Below are positions 1 through 9,920 of a stretch of DNA of 64,000 nt, piece by piece. Below the pieces are notes generated by a model, which saw only the letters and a program-made list of their open reading frames with translations, was not told where the DNA came from and did not search any database. The stretch comes from Candidatus Enterousia onthequi (GTDB taxonomy: Bacteria; Pseudomonadota; Alphaproteobacteria; Rs-D84), in assembly GCA_018064365.1 (NCBI GenBank), contig JAGHVJ010000005.1:7982-71981 (forward strand), read 5' to 3'. Position 1 is the first letter of the stretch. Each line of letters begins with the position of its first letter. The position numbers and the translations under genes are program-made.

Positions 1-4
1 AAGT

Positions 5-1465
5 TTGATTGCATATTTTTCTGGTGGCGAGGTTATTATTTCGCGGACTCATAAATATGATGGTCGTGTGTTGGCGTTTTTAGATTTGTTGCGTGAACGC
101 AATATGACAACCAAAATGCCTTTTTATTCTGATTTGGGTTTAATATCGTCTATTTATAAAACTTACGAAGGACATTTTGGTAATGAAACGCGTGGGCGCG
201 CGGATTTTGATAACCAAATGCAAAAAGATTTTGTTGATATTATCGCACGTGCTGCATCGCAAAAAGTGTCTGATGTGCATATTGAGGTGTCGGACCAGAC
301 AACAATTTATTTTCGTATAGATGGTAGTATGCAGCCAGTGTTGGAATATAATTCTGCATGGGGTGAATCTTTTGTGCGTGCGGCATTTGCATCGGCAGAT
401 ATTTCAAATTCTAACTATGCACAAAATGAATATCAATCTGCGCAAAAAGACGGACGGACTCCGTTGCGTGGAACAAAAGATTTGTATTTGCCAGATGGTG
501 TTACCAGTATTCGTATGCAATTTAATCCGATTGCGTATGGTGCGCGATATGTTGTTATGCGATTGCTGTATGATAATCCGTCCGAAGGTATTAAAACAGA
601 ACAAGAGTTTGGTGAATATGAACGCAAATTGTTGGAACGGTTGCGCGCATATCCAACGGGTTTAGTAATTGTTGCAGGTCCTACTTCGTCTGGTAAATCA
701 ACAACATTGACCCGTAATATGTCGTTGATGTTAAAAGAACGTAATTATGAAATTAATTTGATTACAGTGGAAAATCCTGTGGAGCAAAAAATATTTGGTG
801 CGCATCAAATGCCGGTTGTGAATGCTATGAACGAAGAACAGCGTGATGAAAAATATACTGAGGCTTTGGCGGCGGCTTTGCGTAGTGACCCAGATACACT
901 GATGGTTGGTGAAATAAGAACTTTGGCGGCGGCACAATTGACTGTGCGTGGTGCGTTGTCAGGACATAATGTTTGGACAACTTTGCATGCGAATTCTGCG
1001 ATGGCTGCGTTGACCAGATTGTTAGATATGGGGGTCGAGGCGTTTAAGTTAAAAGAAGAAACTTTGATGCGTGGTTTGGTTTCTATGCGTTTGTTTAAAA
1101 AGTTATGTCCACATTGTCGTGAACCGTTGGCGAATCATCCAGAACATCCTGCATATAAACGTGTTATGGATTCTTTTGGCGAAATCGGGTTGAAGCAAAC
1201 TTTTATTCGTGGCGCAGGTTGCAGTCAATGTAATGGAGCAGGGACTTTTGGTCGTATCAAGGCTGGTGAAATTATTATTACCAACAGTGAATTTTTGCGT
1301 TTAGCAATATCTGGGAATACTGATTTGGCGTTAAAGTATTGGTTGGAAGAAATGGATGGACGCACATTAAAAGAATCTGCGGTGGAATTGATGTTAAAGG
1401 GTATTATTGGTGTTGATGAGTTAGAACGTTGGGTTGGTTTGTTGGATAGACCTGGGGAATATTAA
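5..1465 (+). CDS. GspE/PilB-family secretion/pilus-assembly ATPase (resembles type IVb pilus ATPases). The frame is open to the window edge, so the true N-terminus may lie upstream
   Basis: Walker A GPTSSGKST. Downstream Asp/His-box regions TLMVGEIR and WTTLHAN. Tetracysteine CPHC...CSQC, typical of GspE/PilB rather than PilT/VirB11. No in-frame stop between base 2 and the listed start. Confidence 0.85.
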   Translation: MIAYFSGGEVIISRTHKYDGRVLAFLDLLRERNMTTKMPFYSDLGLISSIYKTYEGHFGNETRGRADFDNQMQKDFVDIIARAASQKVSDVHIEVSDQTTIYFRIDGSMQPVLEYNSAWGESFVRAAFASADISNSNYAQNEYQSAQKDGRTPLRGTKDLYLPDGVTSIRMQFNPIAYGARYVVMRLLYDNPSEGIKTEQEFGEYERKLLERLRAYPTGLVIVAGPTSSGKSTTLTRNMSLMLKERNYEINLITVENPVEQKIFGAHQMPVVNAMNEEQRDEKYTEALAAALRSDPDTLMVGEIRTLAAAQLTVRGALSGHNVWTTLHANSAMAALTRLLDMGVEAFKLKEETLMRGLVSMRLFKKLCPHCREPLANHPEHPAYKRVMDSFGEIGLKQTFIRGAGCSQCNGAGTFGRIKAGEIIITNSEFLRLAISGNTDLALKYWLEEMDGRTLKESAVELMLKGIIGVDELERWVGLLDRPGEY

Positions 1466-1469
1466 ACAA

Positions 1470-2540
1470 ATGGAAAAATTAGAAATATTATATGCAAAAA
1501 TGGTGTTCAAATTGAACACAGAACATCGTTTGGCGATGTTGCGTAAACTGATGTCTTTGTTGCGTAATGATTTTTCGTTGATGGATGCGTTGGGGCGTAT
1601 CGAGCAAATAGAATCTTATAATGGTAAAAAACCAGATGAGCCATATGCGATTGCAATGCGTCAATGGCAAAAAAATCTGGAACAAGGTATGTCGTTTCCA
1701 GATGCAACACGTGGATGGGTGCCGGCAACCGAGACTTTGTTATTGACGTCTGCAAATGTTTCGGATTTGGTTGTTGCGTTGGAAAATATGGAAACGGTTG
1801 TGGTTGGCATGAATAAAATAAAAAATGCTATGCGTAGTGCAATCACATATCCGTTGTTTTTGTTGGTGTTGACTTTTGCTATTATTGTTATGGTTGGTAT
1901 ATATTTAGTGCCGCCGTTGGCATCTGTGGCGGGGTCTGATGTTGCGTGGACGGGGGCGGCAAGTTTGTTGATAACAGTATCTGAATTTTCAATAAATTAT
2001 TGGCATATTATTGCGGCGGTGTTTTTTGGTTTGTGTTTTTTAGTTTGGTTTTCTTTGCCAAATTGGACCGGTTCTTTACGAACAAAGTTTGATAATATTT
2101 CTCCGTGGAATATTTATAAAATACATATATCTGTTGGTTGGTTGATGTCTTTATCGGCAATGGTTGCGGCGGGGGTGTCTGTGCCAGATGCAATGCGTAA
2201 ATTGGCAGATAATTCAAATAGGTATTTGCGTGAAATTTTAGATTCTGCGTTGCAGTATATTGCAAATGGTGATAATTTAGGTGTTGCGCTGGCAAACACT
2301 GGGCGAAATTTTCCGAATAATGAATTGATTGGTGATTTGACTATTTATTCTGATATGAACGATTTTAGTACGAACATATCAAATGTTGCCAAAGATTATT
2401 TACAACATTCTGTGAAAAAAATGGAATCTTTGTCGAGTGCGTTAAACAGTGTTGGTATTTTGTTGGTGTCGGCGATTATTGCGTGGGTTGTTTTGGCTAC
2501 TTTCCAAATGCAAGACCAAATTACAATGATGTTGTCATAA
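1470..2540 (+). CDS. GspF/PilC-family inner-membrane platform protein (356 aa from ATG 1470)
   Basis: Starts 4 nt after the ATPase stop, with GGGGAA upstream. Has three long hydrophobic segments separated by cytoplasmic helical regions. Size and pairing with a GspE-like ATPase fit the family. The longer ORF start at 1434 overlaps the ATPase and was trimmed. Confidence 0.7.
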   Translation: MEKLEILYAKMVFKLNTEHRLAMLRKLMSLLRNDFSLMDALGRIEQIESYNGKKPDEPYAIAMRQWQKNLEQGMSFPDATRGWVPATETLLLTSANVSDLVVALENMETVVVGMNKIKNAMRSAITYPLFLLVLTFAIIVMVGIYLVPPLASVAGSDVAWTGAASLLITVSEFSINYWHIIAAVFFGLCFLVWFSLPNWTGSLRTKFDNISPWNIYKIHISVGWLMSLSAMVAAGVSVPDAMRKLADNSNRYLREILDSALQYIANGDNLGVALANTGRNFPNNELIGDLTIYSDMNDFSTNISNVAKDYLQHSVKKMESLSSALNSVGILLVSAIIAWVVLATFQMQDQITMMLS

Positions 2541-2546
2541 GATAAT

Positions 2547-2580
2547 AAAAAAATCCCAAAATAATATTTGGGATTTTTTT
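2547..2580. terminator. Bidirectional intrinsic terminator between convergent genes
   Basis: AAAAAAATCCCAAA / TTTGGGATTTTTTT perfect inverted repeat around a 6-nt loop, with an A-run on one side and a T-run on the other. Confidence 0.8.
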
Positions 2581-2598
2581 GTATATAAATTTAATTTT

Positions 2599-3168
2599 TT
2601 ATACCATAAATGGTAGGTTTTCTAGCGTCCCAGTTGTGACACGAACATTTACGTCAATCAACATAAATATTGAATCAGGGGTTTGTTTGAAACCGTCTGG
2701 GAAAATGTCTTGGGCCAGTAAATGACTTGTGTTGACGGTCAATTTTGTGACCAGATGGTCGTCGTCCAGAAGTGTATATATTGGGCCAATATTGTTTGGT
2801 GTGTTCGCACCGATTTCATGTTCGTTTTGTGGACAACGCAAACCGTCCATCAATGTTTTTATACGGTTGTCTATGTCAGAGTGTGCAACACCAACGATTT
2901 CTGGGTGCAGCATTAAAATATCTAATTCTGCAATCATATTCAAATTTGGGGTGATGATTGGATTCCAATCAATTCCACCAACATGACGTGTAATCAGTGG
3001 GTTTTTAGATGCGTTTGGTAACATATATTGTGTTAAATTGTCCCATGGAGAGTGTTCTACCAAACGTTTGAGTTGTGGATGAAATTGCATGCGGATATCA
3101 GCAATATGCTGGGCGCGTTTTTTAGGGTTTATAAGGATGTCGCCAAAATAAATAAGTTTGAATTTCAT
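2599..3168 (-). CDS. RusA-like (Holliday junction resolvase fold) protein, 189 aa, larger than canonical RusA
   Basis: Motif SDIDNRIKTLMDGL followed by LLDDDHLV resembles the RusA signature DxDNxxKxxxDxL ... DD. There is an apparent ~16-residue insertion between the acidic clusters. RBS AAAGGA lies 6 nt upstream of the ATG. Confidence 0.45.
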   Translation of the reverse strand: MKFKLIYFGDILINPKKRAQHIADIRMQFHPQLKRLVEHSPWDNLTQYMLPNASKNPLITRHVGGIDWNPIITPNLNMIAELDILMLHPEIVGVAHSDIDNRIKTLMDGLRCPQNEHEIGANTPNNIGPIYTLLDDDHLVTKLTVNTSHLLAQDIFPDGFKQTPDSIFMLIDVNVRVTTGTLENLPFMV

Positions 3169-3171
3169 ATT

Positions 3172-5968
<2,797 letters not shown>

Positions 5969-6005
5969 TCCAAATTTGTTTTTCTATTGATGGGGAGATT
6001 TTGTT

Positions 6006-6857
6006 ATGGATAAAGATAAGAAATTATCAGAACAACAAATAGAACAATTTAATGAGATAAGAAAAGAAATATTACGAAGGTTTAATCGTGTAAAAGCTTA
6101 TTCTCAATTTGATCCAAATGTTTTCCCAGTGAGCGCTCGGGCTTATTCTGAAATAAGTGAGGTTTTAGAGCCGCTTGTAGATGTGCTTAGACAAATAGAT
6201 TTAGAAAAATCTTATGACGATAAAAAATTGGAAAATTTTTTATTGGGGTGGAATAATTCTGCGAATGTTTTTTCTAAACATTATGATAAATTGCATGCCA
6301 AAGGTGTTTTGTATGAAGATGTTTGGGATGGTTTAAATGAATTGGATAGGGGGATAACAAATTTTATGCATGGCTTGGGTGTTTTTCAAGAGTATCAAGA
6401 AAAGAAAGAATTTTTAACAGAACAAGATAAAAATAAAAAAAAGCTGGAATTTGAAAAAGAAAAAACACAAGAATCTGACCCTGTGCAAAAATATGAAAAA
6501 GTAATTGCTGAATTGCGACACATTGATGAAATGGTTGATAGGCAACATAGTGATGAATCTTTTAAAAAAATGATGTTTGGATTAAAAGAACTGCGTGATA
6601 AAAAATTGCTGCCGGATAGATATGTTGAGGCATATAGGGCTATATTTAATGAAACGAAAAAGTGTCGTAATACAGAAAATGGTATATTGAGATTGTCTTC
6701 GGAAATAAATTGGCAAATACAAGAAATGCTTGATATAGACAGCAAAAAACAAAAGTTTGATGATGCAACTAAGGCTGTGCTTGATAAGGGACAAAGAAAA
6801 AATAAATTTTTTGAAGAAATGTTTGATAGAAACAAAATCAAAGGTCAGGATTTGTAA
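6006..6857 (+). CDS. Hypothetical Lys/Glu-rich, probably coiled-coil cytoplasmic protein (283 aa)
   Basis: Intact ORF with GGGGAG RBS. No signal peptide. Long charged heptad-like stretches. No family recognised. Confidence 0.6.
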   Translation: MDKDKKLSEQQIEQFNEIRKEILRRFNRVKAYSQFDPNVFPVSARAYSEISEVLEPLVDVLRQIDLEKSYDDKKLENFLLGWNNSANVFSKHYDKLHAKGVLYEDVWDGLNELDRGITNFMHGLGVFQEYQEKKEFLTEQDKNKKKLEFEKEKTQESDPVQKYEKVIAELRHIDEMVDRQHSDESFKKMMFGLKELRDKKLLPDRYVEAYRAIFNETKKCRNTENGILRLSSEINWQIQEMLDIDSKKQKFDDATKAVLDKGQRKNKFFEEMFDRNKIKGQDL

Positions 6858-6862
6858 TAATT

Positions 6863-7543
6863 ATGTTTACGGCGGATTGGTTTTGGCATCTGGATAAAAC
6901 TTTGCGAGAGCATGGTTTGGATTCGGATGCCATGTCTTTTGATGAAATACGCGCACGGTTGTCAAATCGTGAACGGTTGACTGGTGACGAATTTGCTTTT
7001 GAATGTGCGTATGTAATTTTGGCAGGCGGTTTTTCCCAAAAGACTGCAAAAAAAATTCATAAAATTATTTGTGAAAAATTAAAATCTGGTTGTTCAGATG
7101 TGGCAAGTTTGTTGCAAGTGTTTAATAACAAAAATAAAATAAATGCTATTTCTAAAATTTGGAATAATCGTGATGAATTATGTAATCTGTATTATTCACA
7201 GAAAACATTAGATGATAAATTGAATTTTATTGCGACTTTGCCACATATTGGAAAAATTACAGCAAATCATTTGGCGCGAAATTTGGGTGAAAATGTTGTT
7301 AAATATGATGTTTGGATTCAACGTTTGGGAATTGTGTTTGCACGACAAAAACAAAATTCATCTGTTTCGGTTTTTAATGTTGATAATAAAAAGTTAAGTC
7401 CACAAATAAAAAAATGTTGTGATGATATGTTTGATTGTTTGGCACAAGAAACAAATTTACCAATCGGATATATAGATGTTGTTTTATGGAAGTCTGCACA
7501 AAATGGTTTAATCGCGGAGGTGCAACATGGATGTGAAAATTGA
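6863..7543 (+). CDS. HhH-GPD superfamily DNA glycosylase-like protein (endonuclease III-like active-site spacing, no Fe-S cysteine motif seen)
   Basis: LPHIGKITANHLARNLGENVVKYDVWIQRLG parallels Nth LPGVGRKTANVVL...VDTHIFRV. The Lys and Asp are exactly 18 residues apart, as for K120/D138 of E. coli Nth. Overlaps the ung start by 17 nt. Confidence 0.55.
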   Translation: MFTADWFWHLDKTLREHGLDSDAMSFDEIRARLSNRERLTGDEFAFECAYVILAGGFSQKTAKKIHKIICEKLKSGCSDVASLLQVFNNKNKINAISKIWNNRDELCNLYYSQKTLDDKLNFIATLPHIGKITANHLARNLGENVVKYDVWIQRLGIVFARQKQNSSVSVFNVDNKKLSPQIKKCCDDMFDCLAQETNLPIGYIDVVLWKSAQNGLIAEVQHGCEN

Positions 7544-8189
7544 AGAATCGTGGAAACGCGAATTGTCGCCAGAATTTGATAAAGATTATTTTGTAAAATT
7601 GACTGATTTTGTGCGGCAAGAATATTTATCTGGGCGTGCGATTTATCCTGCGGCGCGTAATATTTTTAATGCGTTTAATTTGTGCCCTGTGGATAAAACG
7701 CGTGTTGTGATTATTGGGCAAGACCCATATCACGAACCAGGTCAAGCGATGGGACTTTGTTTTTCTGTGCCGTCTGGGATTACTGTGCCGCCGTCGTTGG
7801 TAAATATTTATCATGAAATTGAATCTGATTTAGGGCGACCGTCTGTGACCCATGGTGATTTAACGCATTGGGCAAACCAAGGAGTGTTATTATTAAATTC
7901 AACTTTGACTGTGCAGGCTCATTTGGCGGCATCGCATGCGGGTCGTGGTTGGGAACAATTTACAGATGCGGTGATTGCGACATTGGCGCGGCGAAAAAAT
8001 ATTGTTTATTTGTTATGGGGCAGTTATGCCCAGAAAAAAGCGGCCTTGGTTGATGCAACACAAAATCTGGTTTTGAAATCTGTGCATCCATCGCCTTTGT
8101 CGGCATATCGTGGTTTTTTTGGATGTAAACATTTTAGTCAGGCAAATGAATACCTGGTGCAACATGGTTTTCAGCCAATTGATTGGTAA
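7527..8189 (+). CDS. ung: Uracil-DNA glycosylase (family 1)
   Basis: Motifs VIIGQDPYHEPGQAMGLCFSV and HPSPLSA. 220 aa. Confidence 0.93.
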   Translation: MDVKIEESWKRELSPEFDKDYFVKLTDFVRQEYLSGRAIYPAARNIFNAFNLCPVDKTRVVIIGQDPYHEPGQAMGLCFSVPSGITVPPSLVNIYHEIESDLGRPSVTHGDLTHWANQGVLLLNSTLTVQAHLAASHAGRGWEQFTDAVIATLARRKNIVYLLWGSYAQKKAALVDATQNLVLKSVHPSPLSAYRGFFGCKHFSQANEYLVQHGFQPIDW

Positions 8190-8200
8190 TAGATTTTTGT

Positions 8201-8776
8201 TTAGAAATTATGTGTTAAACCCAATCCGTAAAACGCATAAGAGTGGTTATCATCCGCAGTGTTTGCGTTTGAAAAATGTTGAACGAATAGTTCTGTTGCC
8301 CATTTTTTGTTGATGTTATACCCCAGCATTACCTTGAATTGGAATACCAATTTTGCACCCAGACGGGCGTTTTCTTTGGCCTGGAGTCCGGCACCCGCAC
8401 CCGCGCCCATATAAAAACGTTTGTATCGAAATAGGGCGATATCTTCGGTTGCATAACCAATTGGAATAGTGTAATCTTGCCATTTCCAACCGTATTTTTC
8501 ACCCAAACCCAATGTCAGTGAAGCGTTTAAATTTCTACGCGCAGGAATTCTGAAAAATGTTGTTGGTTGAGAATATGTGATTGTCCCGATGTAAAAAGGC
8601 ACAGGGCGCACGGGGGGCGGAAAAAGAATACCGGTATCAAAACCCTGGCCAAAACCAAAGGAAAATTGGTTTTGATATTTGCCCATAAACGGGTTAACTT
8701 CTGGTAAAAAACAAGAATCAGCAAAAGCCATTGTTGGTAATATTATTGGTAATAAAAATAATGTTTTTTTCATCAT
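8201..8776 (-). CDS. Outer-membrane acyloxyacyl hydrolase, lipid A deacylase PagL-like
   Basis: Signal peptide MMKKTLFLLPIILPTMAFA. Beta-barrel-like alternating sequence ending in F. HFSNA motif near the C-terminus, like the PagL His-x-Ser catalytic pair. Start trimmed to the MMKK at 8776. Confidence 0.55.
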   Translation of the reverse strand: MMKKTLFLLPIILPTMAFADSCFLPEVNPFMGKYQNQFSFGFGQGFDTGILFPPPVRPVPFYIGTITYSQPTTFFRIPARRNLNASLTLGLGEKYGWKWQDYTIPIGYATEDIALFRYKRFYMGAGAGAGLQAKENARLGAKLVFQFKVMLGYNINKKWATELFVQHFSNANTADDNHSYAFYGLGLTHNF

Positions 8777-8841
8777 ACGAGCAATAATATCATATTTTGT
8801 GTGTAAAAACAAACGGAATAAATATGTTTTTTTGCAATTGC

Positions 8842-9050
8842 TTGATTTTTCAGATTTGTTAATGTATTATGCATCTCGCACAGGGTGTTCTTGTGTGGGG
8901 AATCACAGCCCCGTTGGTGGACACGATAGAGGTCGTGTTATGGACCTCTCCAACCTAGGTTGGAGTGCGGTGAATATATTGAATAAATCGCTCAATTCTT
9001 ACCAATTGCTGTGAAACTCCAACCATCTATTTTTAGATGGTTTTTTGTTT
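8842..9050 (+). promoter_or_regulatory. Candidate promoter plus ~170-nt structured leader or small RNA, ending in an intrinsic terminator just before the 9068 ORF
   Basis: Promoter: TTGATT (8842-8847), 17 nt spacer, TATTAT (8865-8870). Hairpins: GGGG/CCCC 8897-8912, AGAGGTC/GACCTCT 8928-8949, CTCCAACC/GGTTGGAG 8948-8965. A second CTCCAACC at 9017-9024 overlaps the terminator AACCATCTA-TTTT-TAGATGGTT (9021-9042), which is followed by a T-run. Confidence 0.4.
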
Positions 9051-9067
9051 GAAAATAGGGGGTTGAT

Positions 9068-9391
9068 ATGGTGTCGAGATATGATTCTAATTTTATAGAA
9101 AAACAAACAAAACAAATAAATGGTATATTGGATAATTATCAAAAATCTATGCCATTGGGGTTGGTTGACGAGTTTAAAAAGTTGCGCCCAAAAATTTTGG
9201 AAAAATTGTTGGTACATTATCCAATGGATGTTTTCGAACAGCCTGAAAAATTATGTCGTGATATAGAAATCTTGATTGTTGTTATAGCGTATGATACGGC
9301 GCAGATTACACGGTTCAAGAAACAAAGTGAAATTTTAAAACAAATTCATAAATTTGCGTTGGAACAAGTGCAAAAAAATTTGAGAAAATAA
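9068..9391 (+). CDS. Hypothetical protein (107 aa)
   Basis: Intact ORF with AGGGGG RBS 5-6 nt upstream of the ATG. No family recognised. Confidence 0.5.
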   Translation: MVSRYDSNFIEKQTKQINGILDNYQKSMPLGLVDEFKKLRPKILEKLLVHYPMDVFEQPEKLCRDIEILIVVIAYDTAQITRFKKQSEILKQIHKFALEQVQKNLRK

Positions 9392-9410
9392 GTTTTTTAC
9401 CGAGTTCTGA

Positions 9411-9484
9411 TGGTGCCCTAAGCAAGAATCGGACTTGCGACTCGTCCTTACCAAGGACGTGTTTTACCACTAGACTATTAGGGC
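9411..9484 (-). tRNA. tRNA-Thr (anticodon GGU), CCA encoded
   Basis: Manual cloverleaf on the reverse complement. Acceptor GCCCTAA/TTAGGGC. D-loop AGTGGTA. Anticodon stem CGTCC/GGACG with loop TTGGTAA. T-arm GCAAG-TCCGATT-CTTGC. Discriminator A, then CCA. Confidence 0.9.
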
Positions 9485-9542
9485 AACTGGGGCTATTATA
9501 TCGGGTTTGCTGTAAAAAGCAACAAAAAACGATTAAAAATAA

Positions 9543-9570
9543 TTGCAATTAAAAAAAACTCTGTTATAAT
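9543..9570 (+). promoter_or_regulatory. Sigma70-like promoter for the CAU tRNA
   Basis: TTGCAA (9543-9548), 16 nt spacer, TATAAT (9565-9570). The tRNA 5' end lies 11 nt downstream. Confidence 0.55.
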
Positions 9571-9580
9571 GCGTTCACTT

Positions 9581-9657
9581 GGCGGGATAGCTCAGCTGGT
9601 TAGAGCAGTGGAATCATAATCCACGTGTCGGGGGTCCGAGTCCCTCTCCCGCTACCA
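9581..9657 (+). tRNA. tRNA with CAU anticodon (elongator Met or lysidine-type Ile2, not initiator), CCA encoded
   Basis: Acceptor GGCGGGA/TCCCGCT (G1-U72 wobble). D-arm GCTC-AGCTGGTTA-GAGC. Anticodon stem GTGGA/TCCAC with loop ATCATAA. T-arm GGGGG-TCCGAGT-CCCTC. Lacks the initiator-specific 1:72 mismatch and the three G-C pairs in the anticodon stem. Confidence 0.9.
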
Positions 9658-9664
9658 AGATAAT

Positions 9665-9687
9665 GACCGATTTTGTCGGTCTTTTTT
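9665..9687 (+). terminator. Intrinsic terminator after the tRNA
   Basis: GACCGA-TTTTG-TCGGTC followed by TTTTTT. Confidence 0.7.
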
Positions 9688-9703
9688 GTTTTATAAATAA
9701 ATG

Positions 9704-9732
9704 TTGAAAGTTTTGTTTTTGGGGTATAAAAT
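9704..9732 (+). promoter_or_regulatory. Candidate promoter of the aspS leader
   Basis: TTGAAA (9704-9709), 17 nt spacer, TAAAAT (9727-9732). This would start the transcript ~10 nt before Stem I of the T-box. Confidence 0.45.
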
Positions 9733-9751
9733 ACTCTTGTTTGATTTAAAT

Positions 9752-9913
9752 CGTGTGATGATACGACTGACAACCGTGGAGCGCGTTTTGGGTCTGGCCA
9801 AAAGTAAAAAAGCAGGGTGGCACCGCGCGAAAAAATCTTAGCGCCCCTGGATTTTAAGATTGAAATCGGTGCCGGAAAATTCAATTAAAGCACCGAAATT
9901 AAATAACAAGGTG
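9752..9913 (+). promoter_or_regulatory. T-box riboswitch (tRNA-Asp sensing) controlling aspS
   Basis: GGGTGGCACCGCG at 9815-9827 is embedded in a canonical antiterminator: A1 9813-9817/9845-9849, bulge UGGCACC, A2 9825-9828/9841-9844. Upstream is a K-turn-like stem at 9752-9785 with GAC in its apical loop. Lies directly upstream of an aminoacyl-tRNA synthetase gene. Confidence 0.8.
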
Positions 9914-9920
9914 TTAAAAA

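Noticed and set aside
7688-7696. Perfect DnaA-box sequence TGTGGATAA not far from gyrB, considered as a replication-origin signal
   Set aside because: It is a single box inside the ung coding sequence. I saw no cluster of boxes, no AT-rich unwinding element next to it, and no dnaA/dnaN in the window.
8679-9014. 111-aa plus-strand ORF spanning the PagL-like gene start and the structured leader
   Set aside because: It begins antisense inside the PagL-like gene and runs across a promoter and several perfect hairpins. The region is better explained as a non-coding regulatory RNA.
9315-9884. Minus-strand ORFs 9315-9548 and 9600-9884
   Set aside because: They overlap tRNA-Thr, the CAU tRNA and the T-box leader. 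The RNA features explain the sequence conservation better than coding does.
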